Below, one piece after another: positions 15,017 to 27,950 of a DNA stretch of 64,000 nucleotides; the stretch's first letter is position 1; every line of letters begins with the position of its first letter. The notes under the pieces are model-generated. The model was not told the origin of the DNA and searched no databases. It worked only from the letters and a program-made list of their open reading frames with translations. Source of the DNA: Eledone cirrhosa (lineage: Eukaryota). Both the position numbers and the translations under genes were made by a program. The DNA lies in NCBI GenBank assembly GCA_964016885.1, contig OZ024746.1, positions 79,050,001-79,114,000 on the forward strand, read 5' to 3'.

Positions 15017-15252
15017 GTCAATATGTTGGCGATGGGGCGTATATGTTTATATGTGTGTGTGTGTGTATGTGTGTGGACTTTTGTGTATCCATGTATGTGT
15101 GTTTATGTGTGTGTGTGTGTATGTTTGTGCGTGGGTGCGTGCGTACACTACTTATTCATGTTACATGTATTTTTGCATTTGTATGCTGTGAGAAATAAGG
15201 TAGATTACTATTTGTAACATGCACAAAAAGACACACGCACACACACACATAA

Positions 15253-15290
<38 letters not shown>

Positions 15291-15447
15291 GTTATATTTG
15301 AGGATGGTCATGTTCCCAATATTGCTAATAAAACGCACACACGCACACACACAGACACACACACACACACACACTCTATTTGATTCTCAGTTCAACTTCA
15401 TTATTAGTTGCTAGTTGTAGCCCGGATTTTCCTTAGGACAGAAACAG

Positions 15448-15543
<96 letters not shown>

Positions 15544-15729
15544 AACACACACACATACAACCAAATAAACTCCGTTTTTTTCATTCGTTCAGACGTTACG
15601 TTTTAGTTCAATTAATTAGAGTGAAGGAGGGGTGGACTGGTGACAGGTGGAGTAGTATTTCCCTCCATCTATATAACGAGCACGACGGACGGACTGATAG
15701 ACACAGCTCTTATTATAGTATAGATTAGT

Positions 15730-15888
15730 TACTTCGTCAAAGTTCTTTTGTCACACATTCTGTGACTTCCTCGACGACTATTTGTGCCTCCTTTTCTTTC
15801 TAGTCTTATATTGTTTACTTGAACTCGTCTTTCTGTGTTACGTGTTCCTGTCAGTGCATGCGTTTGCCTCTGTGCCCCCCTCTCTCTC

Positions 15889-15939
<51 letters not shown>

Positions 15940-17070
15940 ATATCTCGTGTGTGTGTTTACATCTTGTGTGCGTATGTATGTGTGGGTTTATTTGTATCTT
16001 TATTTCTCTGTGTCTGACAATGTTGTTTTGTTTTTCTTCTGCCCGTAGTCGTTAGGTTGTTGGGTGGAATGTTACGATTCATTTTGTGTTTTCAGTTGAG
16101 GCTCGTTCTACTTTCTATTTTATGTGTGGCGTCTTTAATTTGTCTGAGCGTTGTGCCGCTTCTATCTGTGGATAGGATCTTTACTTCTATCTTATCTATT
16201 TGCATAACACTGACGAGCTTCTCTCTTCTTTGAGTTCTCGCCAGTGTTCCTTCATCCTCACACATACTCTACGACTTGTCTCTCCTATAAATGTCGTTGC
16301 TGTGTCTCTGCATCGCCCCTCGGTAAACCTTATCCTATAGACTGCATTCCTAGTTTTGTAGCTTACCTGCGTACTTACCTCATACGCTATACAGTTTCTT
16401 TCAGTACAGGTGTTTTCTTAAAAGGTTATGGCCTATTGATCAAGGATTTTATGAGAGTTCCTGGCTTTTCTACTACTTGGGTTCAGTTTATTTAAGGCTC
16501 TCCTAAATCAATACGCCAGTTGGCCTCTAAGGGTAAAATCGCCGAACATGACATTCTGGTATATTTTGCTGCCATACAATGAGTTGGCCTTCCGTATCTC
16601 CCTCCCAGTCTTTCTATTCTATTCAAAGATTTGCTTCTGTATAACAACCTTTCTCTATGATGGTCTTGTATTTTGCCATGGCTCCTTTCTTTGTACACTT
16701 TGATCCTGTCTCTTTGGTTGTATCCGGGGAACTGCATGTGGTGAATCAAGTGCTGTATGTATCTCTCTAATTTTGTTGGACTGCAAATACAGGACACGTT
16801 TCCATCACCCATACAAGGTCCGCTAACAAAATATTGAGATTGATGAGCTTCAGTGGATCAGGTGTTTGGAGGCCAAGGATTTGGCATAATGCGAATGGAG
16901 AATTTAGGGATTGTCATTCTTAGTTTCCAGCCAGAGTTCTGTATCTTTCATGGGTAGTCTGCGTTTGGGTGCTTTTGTTGGGTAGTTTATCGTTACCTTA
17001 ATACTCTGATTTAATCTATTTGCTGGATGTTCTTCATAGTGTTAGATTCTAGTATGGGTTGATGGGCACT
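15730..17070 (-). pseudogene. Decayed Penelope-like retroelement: RT C-terminus, GIY-YIG endonuclease and 3' repeat with hammerhead remnant
   Basis: Minus-strand translations: ANRLNQSIKVTINYPT..RLPMKDTELW..ILHSHYAKSLASKHLI..NILLADLV (RT end), HHMQFPGYNQRDRIKVY..LYRSK, and VYRIRF..CRDTATTFIGETSRRVCVRMKEHWREL at 16356-16196 (GIY-YIG). Stops and frameshifts present. Degenerate family-G HHR at 15778-15736. Confidence 0.85.
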
Positions 17071-17184
17071 CTTTTGTGGGAGTGTTTCAACTACTATATT
17101 AATATTATCTACATAGCGTGAGTAAATGGTTAGTGCTATGGAGCTCTCTACTTGTTATATATATATATGTATATATATATATAT

Positions 17185-17931
17185 TACGATTTCACAGAAC
17201 TTATGTTCATCAATTTCAGGGACTTGACTCCTTCTTCCTCACCTTTCGTTGCATTACCATCTTTGTTTGTTTACTGTCTCGCTCGTTCCCCCTATTTACG
17301 TGTCCCAACGACTTTCTTTAGCCGTTGCTCGCACCAACCAGAGGTATATGGTCTTTAAAGCGATGAAATACCAATGAAGGCTGGAAGATCACTGATGAAG
17401 GACTAATTTTATTCATATGTAACCCATTTGCAACCACGCAGCACGCCATGTTTTCATATTTTCATATATTTATATATTTTCCTCCGCTGTGACCCGTCTG
17501 TTTCTTTCTTACTGCTTCCCCTTTCTCTGTATCTCTCACTTTCTTTTTACCCCCTCTGCCAGTCACTCTCTCTGTTAGCCTCTTCCTCACACTTTCACTC
17601 ACTCACTCTCTGCTACTCCCTCTCCTACTTCCTCCCGTTTAACCTGTACGAAATTCTTCCCTCACTCACATTTCGACCAGGTTTGATGGTCTTTATTCTC
17701 TGTCGTCTACGATTTCACTTATGTTCATCGATTTCAGGGACTTGACTCCTTCTTCCTCACTTTTCGCTGCATTACCATCTTTGTTTGTTTACTGTCTCGC
17801 TCGTTCCCCCTATTTACGTGTCCCAACGACTTTCTTTAGCCGTTGCTCGCACCAACCAGAGGTATATGGTCTTTAAAGCGATGAAATACCAATGAAGGCT
17901 GGAAGATCACTGATGAAGGACTAATTTTATT
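17185..17931 (+). repeat. Direct repeats of about 225 bp (17185-17413 and 17708-17931), PLE pseudo-LTR-like
   Basis: Near-identical, offset 518, and the whole unit is flanked by (TA)n. Each copy ends in CTGATGA-AGGACTAATTTTATT, the 5' half of a hammerhead-like motif. Confidence 0.75.
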
Positions 17932-18131
17932 TATTTATATATATATATATATACATATATATTTATATAACAAAATAATAAACACGTAGACAGGAGGAGA
18001 TAGATATTAGTTTGACGTTGTTTAGACATTTTGGAAAGAGGTCCTTCTTTGGAATAGAAATGATGAGAAGAGAAGTCAAGAGAAGAAAGAGGAGAGAAAG
18101 AGGGGGCAGTGAGAAAGAAAGAAAGAGATAA

Positions 18132-18220
<89 letters not shown>

Positions 18221-18540
18221 TGAGGAGGAGGAGATGAGAGAAACGCCCAATTACTCCTTTACTCGTTTAGTCCAGAAAGAATGTTATGACTTTGCTGGGT
18301 TTCCACCTCCGCTTCAATGTGGTTTATCTGGTGGTCGCTATGTTGTGAACGAGTTTGTTTCGTGCCCCTGAATTTATTTCAGGGGTACTTTAAAGAAACT
18401 GTACAACTACAGAACACTTTGAGACAAGTGACACGACCCAGTATTTGCTATTCTCTGAGTTTGAGAAGCAATTGTGATGGCTATTTTAAATATTTTATGA
18501 CTATTTTTTAGTCATTTAATCATTATTTACCATACAATAC

Positions 18541-18728
18541 GGGCGGTGGATTGGCAGTATCGGTAGAGGGTCGGACGCCATGCTTTCCAGCATAGTTACG
18601 TCCCTTTACGATGATCTGAGTTCAAATCCCGCCGAGGTTAACTTTGCCTTTCATCCTTACGGGGTCGATAAAATAAAGTACCAGTAATGCACTGGGTAAT
18701 TGCTGGCCTTGTGCCTAAAGTAGAAACA
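18541..18728 (+). mobile_element. Full-length tRNA-derived SINE with 17-bp TSD
   Basis: A box TGGCAGTATCGG, B box GAGTTCAAATCCC; TSD attatttaccatacaat at 18522-18538 and 18729-18745. Confidence 0.93.
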
Positions 18729-18855
18729 ATTATTTACCATACAATTACACGCAGAATTTCACACACAATGTAAACGTACTGCAAAAATTTAAGTTTAGAA
18801 CTACACAAACAAGGGTCAACGACATGTTAAAATAAACACCGACCGGTTGATTTAC

Positions 18856-19008
18856 TTTTCTTGCTGTTATGTCGGATTTTAACGGTCTTTTAGCTTCGAG
18901 AATGTCCAAGTGCTCTTGCGATGTGTCAATACCTACTTCATATAAATCCGTTGACATTTTGCAGGAAGAGATACGATCACTTCATTGCAGACTATTGGAG
19001 TATTTACT
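18856..19008 (-). CDS. Candidate first coding exon (5' UTR + MSTDLYEVGIDTSQEHLDILEAKRPLKSDITARK)
   Basis: Strong acceptor tgtcctctatttccag ending at 19009; aaaATG at 18957; 34 codons of protein-like composition; phase-0 donor AA|GTAAAT at 18855. Product not recognised. Confidence 0.4.
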
Positions 19009-19127
19009 CTGGAAATAGAGGACAGACCTATTGATTATTTGCAATATATACGTATTTATGGAATTTGTATATATTTATATTTATAGTGTTTATTAGTGGG
19101 TACTTATAAATATAATTATATGCATAC

Positions 19128-19222
<95 letters not shown>

Positions 19223-19241
19223 TATATATAAATATATATAA

Positions 19242-19329
<88 letters not shown>

Positions 19330-20091
19330 GGTTAGGATTCCCCAGACAAGTGTACCTTGTCTGGGGACTCCTAAGCCACTAGTGCGTTAATCTCAAACAC
19401 ACATACATACACACATACACACATACACACATACACACATAGACACACGCACGCGCACGCACACACACACACACACGCATACATATATACACGCACACAC
19501 ACATATACCCACACACACCGTTCGCATTAAATATAGAAATGTTTAGTTAATACAAGATTGAAGCCTAAAGTGAAATCCTTCGATGTGAAATGGCAGTAAA
19601 TCTATTTAAGCCAGTAAATCTATTAGCCTAAACAGAATGATAGTAAATAGTATTATGTGTCGGTGTTCGGTAACTAACATGTAAAGTGAGGTTAACTATG
19701 GTTACTGAGGCCTCATCCTGAATTCGGTGATCTTCAGAAATTACACAAAACATGTAAAAATAGAAATCTCCACAAACCACCCAAGTAATTGGTGTGGAGG
19801 AACTAGGCGGCGTTATAAATACAGGGTAGATTTCCACGCCCACGTAGGTGAATTGCAAAGAGAAAGAGGAGGTGGTGTAGTAACATGGTACTCGAGTACC
19901 AGTAATATATAGAAAATACACAACATATGCCGTATTGACAAAGGTAGAAGGTAGAAAACAATTTCTGCATTAGCAGCCCCGGCTTACAAAAGGAGTTTGC
20001 AGCAAGTAGCAACAGTAGTAGATGAAGAAACATAGACAACAAAGAATTAGAAAGAAGTAAAAATAAAATGAACATACACACACACATATAC

Positions 20092-20194
<103 letters not shown>

Positions 20195-20404
20195 TGTGTG
20201 TGTGTTTGTGTGGTTGCAAGCGTGTGTATGCGGAGAGGATGGTTGTCCGTTCATCAGCTTCTCTCTCAGACGTATATACCAGGATGTTAAGACAAGTTAA
20301 CATGATCCGGTCTCAACTAAAGAGAAGTATTTGAGGTAGATTTTGATGAATTAGACTAATACTCAGGTCCAGAGGTAATGCAAAGTGAAGATTGTTTGAT
20401 GGTA

Positions 20405-20478
20405 ATATTTGTTTCTACTTTTAGCACAAGGCGTTGCTAATACTTTATTTTACCGACCCCGTAAGGATGAATGGCAAA
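20405..20478 (-). mobile_element. SINE 3' fragment
   Basis: tgtttctacttttagcacaagg..ttttaccgaccccgtaaggatgaatggcaaa matches the SINE family. Confidence 0.75.
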
Positions 20479-20489
20479 TTACAGAAGCT

Positions 20490-20755
20490 CTTTAAATGTT
20501 TTCATACCAAACTGTCTGAATCCGCTTCTGTTTCTACGATACAAAACTATTTGTTTTAAAGGGTTTATTTTTATCTCATACCTTCCATTATAATTTTATT
20601 TAAGAATATTTGTTAAGCTATCTTTCGAACATCAGTTTAGCAATAAGAAAGTTAATTATTTAACTAAACTCCTCCAAATTCTTGATTATTTTCAAAATGA
20701 TTTGAAAATGATAGGCAATGTCTTTCATTAGAAATATGGTAACGATACAGTTAAC
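20490..20755. mobile_element. Possible degenerate TTAA-bounded MITE
   Basis: The ends (ttaaatgttttcatacc / atatggtaacgatacagttaa) resemble TTAACCCTTT-type termini; strongly decayed. Confidence 0.3.
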
Positions 20756-21059
20756 ATGGAAATGAACCAAGCTAAAGGATTCTCGGGGGTTTGCATTCGT
20801 TGTGAACTTTCTCTGTGCTAAAATCATCACGGGAATCAGTAAAAATTAGTATAAAATTTCAAGTATTGTCTCTTTAAAGAGGTTATCATCGTCGGAACTC
20901 ATACATTTTTAATGCCTTATGAAGTATTATACTCGTATTTAGAGAGAACACACAACTTTAGGAAGATTCTAAAAATGAAATATATAATTTGAAGGATTGA
21001 ACATTTGTTTTTTTAACCCATTTTCCCATACATCCACATACCTTTACATAAAGACGGAA

Positions 21060-21390
21060 TGGATCACCATCGATTTCGACGACGAGTGTTCCAGTTGTTT
21101 GATCAACGGAAGAAGCTAGTTATAAACTTAACGTCAAATTGGCTGATTATTCCGCAGACATGTGTGCCCTTAAAGTAATTCTTAAGGAGATTGAGCGTGA
21201 CAATGTGTGTGATACGGCTGGCTCTTCAAATTACAAATAGCGTCAATTCGACAGGCTTCCAACAGTTTCCATTGACTCAATTTTACTCGTAAATATTTGG
21301 TCAACCTGAGGTAAATAACACTTGTCTAATATGCCGCGCTGTGGTATGGAACCTGAGACCTAACGATTGCCAAACAAGCTTCTTAAATAT
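21060..21390 (-). mobile_element. Old SINE fragments of a different family
   Basis: Minus-strand B-box-like ggttccataccac near 21350; body resembles octopod SINEs (from memory). Confidence 0.45.
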
Positions 21391-21996
21391 TCGGTCAAAC
21401 TCAATTTACACGTATACACATATCCATATACACAAATACACAAACGTTTCCTCTCTCATTTGCACACGCGTGCATACACACATACACATGCACAGACACA
21501 CGTTACTGGTCTCCAGTGAAAGGTATGCAGTTGTAACACACTTTTCATACAGATATGTCATATACTTATAAAAGAAACAATAATAAAATATAAGGATGTA
21601 ACTAAACTGTGAATGAAGCAAAGGCAGAGAAAATACACTGGAAAATACCAGCAAAAGACAATGTTAAGGCGCCATGTTTGTTGTTACGTGACTAGTAAAT
21701 GAAAACAGAACAAAGAAAACAACGTTCCAATATAAGGCATCGAATATTTTATTGTTGTATAGTGTATAGTGTATAGTAAAACGTGAGAAAACGCGTTTTT
21801 TTGTTGCCGTTTTTCTCAATTTAAGAAAACTATATGGTCGGGCTTAGCACGCACCAATACAGATAAATGCTTCTGAAAACGGAGTCTTCTAGAACCTATA
21901 CTCTTTCCATCGTCAACTAGTAAATTAATACTAATTTACTATCATATTCAATGTCCACTTTGTAGACATTGTAAACAAGCTTATATTTGTAAGCAG

Positions 21997-22094
21997 ATGA
22001 CGATGTCTATGACGATGACGACGACAACGAAGAAGGCGGCGGCGAACAATGTGGATGATGAAGATAATGGTAATAATGATGATGTTGATGATGA

Positions 22095-22125
<31 letters not shown>

Positions 22126-22400
22126 ATTGTTGCCGGTTGTGATGATGATGACGATGATGATGATGAGAATGAGGATGTTGCTGATGGTTATGGATATGAT
22201 GATGACGACAATGATGATGATGATGATGACGATGATGATGATGATGATGTTGACGATGATGATGATGATGATGATGACGACGATGATGATGATGATGACG
22301 ACGACGATGATGATGTTGACGATGATGATGATGTTGACGATGATGGTGATGATGACGACGATGACGACGACGATGATGGTAGTGGTGATGATGATGAAGA
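21997..22400. repeat. (GAT/GAC)n trinucleotide repeat
   Basis: Direct reading; gives the poly-D/M/I ORFs. Confidence 0.95.
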
Positions 22401-22467
22401 TGGTTTCTGACATGCTGACAGGGCCAGAAATGGGTCTAGTCAACTAAATTGCCCCCAAACAACCAAC

Positions 22468-23097
22468 CTCTGGTGAGCATTTTTGAAGGATTTAAGCCCT
22501 CTGGTGAGTAATTTTGAAGGGTGTGAGCCCTCTGGTGAGTAATTTTGAAGGGTGTGAGCCCTCTGGTGAGCATTTTTGAAGGATGCAAGCCCTCTGGTGA
22601 GTAATTTTGAAGGGTGTGAGCCCTCTGGTGAGCATTTTTGAAGGATGCAAGCCCTCTGGTGAGTAATTTTGAAGGGTGTGAGCCCTCTGGTGAGTAATTT
22701 TGAAGGGTGTGAGCCCTCTGGTGAGCATTTTTGAAGGATGCAAGCCCTCTGGTGAGTAATTTTGAAGGGTGTGAGCCCTCTGGTGAGCATTTTTGAAGGA
22801 TGCAAGCCCTCTGGTGAGTAATTTTGAAGGGTGTGAGCCCTCTGGTGAGCATTTTTGAAGGATGTAAGCCCTCTGGTGAGTATTTTTGAAGGGTGTGAGC
22901 CCTCTGGTGAGCATTTTTGAAGGATGTAAGCCCTCTGGTGAGTATTTTTGAAGGATGTAAGCCCTCTGGTGAGTATTTTTGAAGGGTGTGAGCCCTCTGG
23001 TGAGCCATTTTGAAAGGTGTGAGCCCTCTGGTGAGTATGTTTGAAGGGTGTGAGCCCTCTGGTGAGTATATTTGAAGGATGTGAGGCCTCTGGTAAG
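22468..23097. repeat. 31-bp minisatellite, about 20 units, two main variants
   Basis: ctggtgag recurs every 31 bp (22470, 22501, 22532, 22563...). Variant A gagtaattttgaagggtgtgagccc; variant B gagcatttttgaaggatgcaagccc. Confidence 0.97.
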
Positions 23098-23289
23098 CAA
23101 CATAGGATGGTAGGTCACCAATTGGTCAGTACAGACACCCCATATTGCTGGATGTTATAGAGAGTGAGTAACAGAGAGAGAGAAAGGAGCGAATGAAAGA
23201 GAGAAAAGGAAAGAAATAACGAAAGAAAGAGAGAGAGAGAGAGAGAGTGGGAGAGAGAAATGGAGAGAAAAAAATGGAGAGAGAGAAAG

Positions 23290-23331
23290 GGAGAATGCTG
23301 TTGAAGTGTGTATACATTTTTGGGAAACACC

Positions 23332-23336
<5 letters not shown>
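23290..23336. mobile_element. One end of a mariner-type MITE (same family as 41360-41457)
   Basis: gaatgctgttgaagtgtgtatacatttttgggaaacaccctg-TA is the reverse complement of the left end at 41360. Confidence 0.6.
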
Positions 23337-23376
<40 letters not shown>

Positions 23377-23437
23377 ATATATATATGAATGTACAATCAT
23401 ATTAAATAAATGGAAACTATATTTATAAAACCATATT

Positions 23438-23498
23438 TATTCAATTATATATATTTCAAGGGTACCAAAATTTGGGTACGCTATCATCAGATAAAATA
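23438..23498 (-). ncRNA. Minimal type I hammerhead (family D, antisense arm)
   Basis: TATTTTAT-CTGATGA-T AGCGTACC caaatttt GGTACCCT T-GAAA-TATATA-TA-ATTGAATA; palindromic ATATATAT stem III. Confidence 0.65.
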
Positions 23499-25264
23499 CA
23501 AAATGTTTTATAAATATTTGACATGACCAAGGATAATATACCTTAACGGTTCAAGTTATCCATGGAAAGTGAAGGGAATAACCACAATCACTCTTTTAGA
23601 AGATCTGATAAAAAATCTTTTACTACCCTCTCACATCTTATATGGAACTTAAAAAGCAAGAATATAGACTATTCAATATCTTGGAAAATGATTTCAGAGG
23701 CACCTGCGTACTGAAACACGGCTTTATCAAGATTCTGTAAATTATGTATTGAAGAAATTTTTTATATAATTAATTGTAAAAACTCTATTAATCTCAGGAC
23801 AGAAATATTTAGTTCTTGTAGACATCGCCAAAATTCTACATTCATAACTATATGTAACTTATAATATACTTATAATATTCCTATTAATCTCCAAAATGAT
23901 CCTATCTGCTCTAACATTTTATATTTTTAATACTTTTAATATAGTAATATCTCTAAATCATAATATCTCTAAAATTTCTTATAGTACGTGTGTATGTATA
24001 TAGATATTTATATATATTTATGTACTTCTATATTATGTACTTCTATATAATTCTAATTTTTAATTTTAATTTTAATTTTTAAAATTTTTAAATTCTTTTT
24101 TCTTAATCCTTTATTTTTGTAATGACACCCTCTACTCTAAAGCTAATTTTTAAATGTAGATTAATTTTTAAATGTAGATTAATAACCATTAACTGTTTTT
24201 AGTAAAATGCATCCTATTCAAGATGATGTTTAAATATTCATATTTCTTTAGACTAAATAATTAATCCCACACTAGCGATTAACAAAAAATCGGAGTTATC
24301 TTTCCTTTTTTTTTCAATCATAAAAACTTTTTATACCTAACTCCATTAATTTAATTTAAAACCTTATCAATTTTAACATAATTTTATTTACATATTTTAT
24401 TTACATAAAATACAAAATCAACATCACTAGTAACTTATATTATGAACAACCACCTACAACTTGAACTACCTATTTATTTATATTTTTATAAATCAACATC
24501 CCTCGTAACTCATATTATAAACAAACTATCCTTTTAATAAAAATACATATGCTATTATTAAAATGTATATAGATATTTATATATTATTATAATAAGATAA
24601 ATAATTCTCCATATAAATATAGATAAATGTCTGAATATATTTCCCCTAAATAACGTTTAAGTGGTCATCCTTTTCCTTCTTATCTTCCTTCTTCTTTAAC
24701 GATTTTTTTTTGTTTGATAATTTATATAGCTTCGTTAAATTAACAATATTCTGAAAACATTCTCAATGTTGAACAAAATGTTTGAATCCACAAATTATTC
24801 TAATCTCACAACTTGAAAATAAAATTTCAACATGCTTCGTAACTCATATTTGATATATAAACAATCAATACATACGCAACTTATCAACATATATTTAGAT
24901 ATTTATATACATATAACCTATCCTAATGTAATAAGATAAAAATACTTACGACCATAATTCTTCATATAATCTAATTGATTATATATACAATATTATAACT
25001 CATAATATAGGTAACACCATTCCCTCCCCACAAAAAAATTAACGTTATTCCTTTCTCTTGCTCTAACTTCCTTATCATAATTATTTAAATTTTCCATAGC
25101 GTCTAAAATAACGTTTTTTCAGCCCTTTAATATAAACCTCATTTGCATACTCATATTAATAATTTTAAATATCTGTTTTCTCTCTTCCCTTCACTTTCTA
25201 GGGATAACTTGAACCGTTAAGGTATATCATCCTTGGTCATGTCAAATATTTATAAAACATTTTG

Positions 25265-25325
25265 TATCTTATCTGATGATAGCGTACCAAAATGTTGGTA
25301 CTCATGAAATATATATAATAGAATA
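25265..25325 (+). ncRNA. Minimal type I hammerhead (family D, sense arm)
   Basis: CTGATGA at 25273-25279, GTACC/GGTAC stem II, GAAA at 25306-25309, TATATA, TA, then ATAGAATA pairing with TATCTTAT. Confidence 0.65.
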
Positions 25326-25546
25326 AATATGGTTTTATAAATATAGTTTCCATTTATTTAATATCATTGAATTATAAACATTTATATTTATTTGTTGTAT
25401 TTCCAACAAATTAAATATCCTTCTACTTATATATGAATGTATATACAGTGTATTTGGAAATAAACTGTGCTTAATTAAAAGCATTTTGAAGACCTTACGC
25501 TATTGTTTTAAAGTAGTGACTATGTCACTTACTTCTTTTTTCAACA

Positions 25547-25603
<57 letters not shown>

Positions 25604-25654
25604 ACCAATTTACACTAGAAAGAATACATAATGTGTGGGCGCACCTGTACTTAT

Positions 25655-25862
25655 ATATGTATGTATGTACGTATGTGCGTATGTACGTATGTATGTAGGT
25701 AGGTAGGTAGGTACGTATGTAGGTACGTATGTATGTATGTATGTATGTATGTATGTATGTATGTATGTATGTATGTATGTATGTATGTATGTATGTATGT
25801 ATGTAGGTATGTAGGTACGTACGTATGTAGGTACGTATGTATGTATGTATGTATGTATGTAT
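25655..25862. repeat. (TATG)n microsatellite
   Basis: Direct reading. Confidence 0.95.
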
Positions 25863-26457
25863 CTACGTATCAACACATTAACATAACCAAAGCGGTTTTT
25901 TGATATATGAATAATTCTAACATTAAATAAATTGTGAGACTTTGCAATCATATTAAAATAAGGGAAAAACTGACATAAACAAACCTCAATTGAAATGTCA
26001 GACAAACTGTTTCAATTAGTTTTATATTATTTTAAATAATTTGAAGCAAAGTGCTCTTTAATCAGACTAAAATCCCCCCCCCCCCACACACACACAAACA
26101 CACACTGTCTCTCTCTACGCATACACACACAAGCATATACAAAGACACACATACAAGCACCTCCCCTTCGTTCTATTTCCTCTCCCACTCGTTCGAGTGG
26201 GTTTGATGGGCTTATAATATATATATATATATATATATATGTGAAAAATATGGGGAGAAGAATACTGCATGGTTGCACATGGATTACATGTTATAAAATG
26301 AGTCCCTCATCAGTGATTTGCCAACGATCATTGGTATTTCATCGCATTAAAAATCATATACCTCACGTTGGTGCGATAATAACTAAAATAAGTTATTAGG
26401 ACAATTGAAACGCGTAAAGCGAGTGAGACAAGTAAACAACACAGGGGAAAGCTAACC

Positions 26458-26505
<48 letters not shown>

Positions 26506-27034
26506 GGAATAGAATGAAACAAAATTTCATTTCTCACTCTTAATACGGCACTTACTTAAATGCAAGTATGTATGTATACGTACATACATCCATATATGTA
26601 TACAGACGTACAGTAGTATGTATATATATATATACATGCACACATATATATATGCACGTATCGGTTTACCGAACATTTATTATACAAATATTTATTTGAA
26701 CAAACAAACAGCCCGAATTACGCCGTACAGTGTTTAGGCAACCACGTCACCTTTTTGTTCAACGCTGACACAGGAACGATGTACTAGTCTCAAGCTTATT
26801 AGCTATCGTCAGCATCGTATACCTTCCTGCCAGATGGTTGAACGTCTGAAAGTATATACTTTCCTTATGCATATTAACGGCTGAGCAGCCTAATTTGCAT
26901 ATCGAGTGAGTTTAGTCGGCCGGGCGCACCGAAAACGATAAATGGAATAGAATGAAACGAAATTTCATTTCTCACTCTTAGTACGGCATTTACTTAAATG
27001 TAAGTATGTATGTATGTATACGTACATATATATG

Positions 27035-27129
<95 letters not shown>

Positions 27130-27134
27130 ATATA

Positions 27135-27180
<46 letters not shown>

Positions 27181-27352
27181 TATATAAAGAGAGAGAGAGA
27201 GAGAGGGACGGGGAGTCTGAGGTGCTGAGATAGGGGAGACCACTAATCATGGCAGTACTCAATGCATGGGGGACGCAGAGTGGGTATAGAGATATGTAAA
27301 ATCTCAACCGAGCCTTCAAGCGCTTTTGGCTTTTATGTCTACATTTTATTTA

Positions 27353-27405
<53 letters not shown>

Positions 27406-27406
<1 letters not shown>

Positions 27407-27428
27407 CCCTGTGGCTAATAAAGAAATA

Positions 27429-27430
<2 letters not shown>
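27406..27430 (+). mobile_element. Extreme 5'-truncated 3' end of the Tx1-like LINE inside (CTAT)n
   Basis: cccctgtggctaataaagaaatata is identical to 45022-45046; (CTAT)n on both sides. Confidence 0.8.
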
Positions 27431-27472
<42 letters not shown>

Positions 27473-27888
27473 CACCCCCTCCCTCTCTCTATATATATTT
27501 ATTATATTATAAATATGATGACATTAATTCCTTTATGATGACGTTTATAGATTCGTAATTGATGTCGCTTCCTACGTAAAAGATGTACAAACTATGCATA
27601 TATATATACATATACACATACATACATACATATATATATAGTGCAAATTTATACGGGAACAAAACAGAGAGGCAGACAAATAAAGCTTTATTAGGTTCAC
27701 GTTTTTGAGAGTAAATGTGTGTGTGTGAGTGTATTATATGCTATACGTTAATTAGTGCATTGACGAGAACATTTTTCTCTTGAGTCGCGTATTTTGACCT
27801 AGTTAGAATCAGTTTTATTTATATTGTCACATTTCCTCTGAATTTCAGTCGTTAAGACAAACAGCAACGTGAAACTCAAAGAACCTTC

Positions 27889-27949
<61 letters not shown>

Positions 27950-27950
<1 letters not shown>

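Larger units (their letters stand above)
23394..25369 (+). mobile_element. 5'-truncated Penelope-like element with inverted 185-bp terminal repeats (family D)
   Basis: Arms 23394-23578 and 25185-25369 are inverted. From 23580: NHNHSFRRSDKKSFTTLSHLIWNLKSKNIDYSISWKMISEAPAY*NTALSRFCKLCIEEIFYII..INLRTEIFSSCRHR, matching the C-terminal part of the PLE GIY-YIG domain. Long AT-rich 3' region. Confidence 0.88.

Noticed and set aside
18541-18630. tRNA gene
   Set aside because: The A and B boxes belong to a multi-copy SINE with TSD; no cloverleaf.
19690-19745. Minus-strand CTGAAGA hammerhead candidate
   Set aside because: No GAAA after the possible stem II and no stem I pairing.
21997-22410. Asp-rich (aspein-like) protein
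   Set aside because: A (GAT)n microsatellite with no signal peptide or splice support.
22468-23097. CRISPR-like array
   Set aside because: Units are contiguous with no unique spacers, the context is eukaryotic and no cas genes are present.
22436-23121. ORFs of 121-209 aa with zinc-finger-looking THQRAHT repeats
   Set aside because: Produced by a 31-bp minisatellite (not a multiple of 3) open in all three minus frames; no C2H2 cysteine spacing.
23394-25369. DNA transposon with 185-bp TIRs
   Set aside because: The internal remnant is PLE GIY-YIG starting exactly at the inner end of the left arm, which fits an inverted PLE terminal repeat rather than TIRs.
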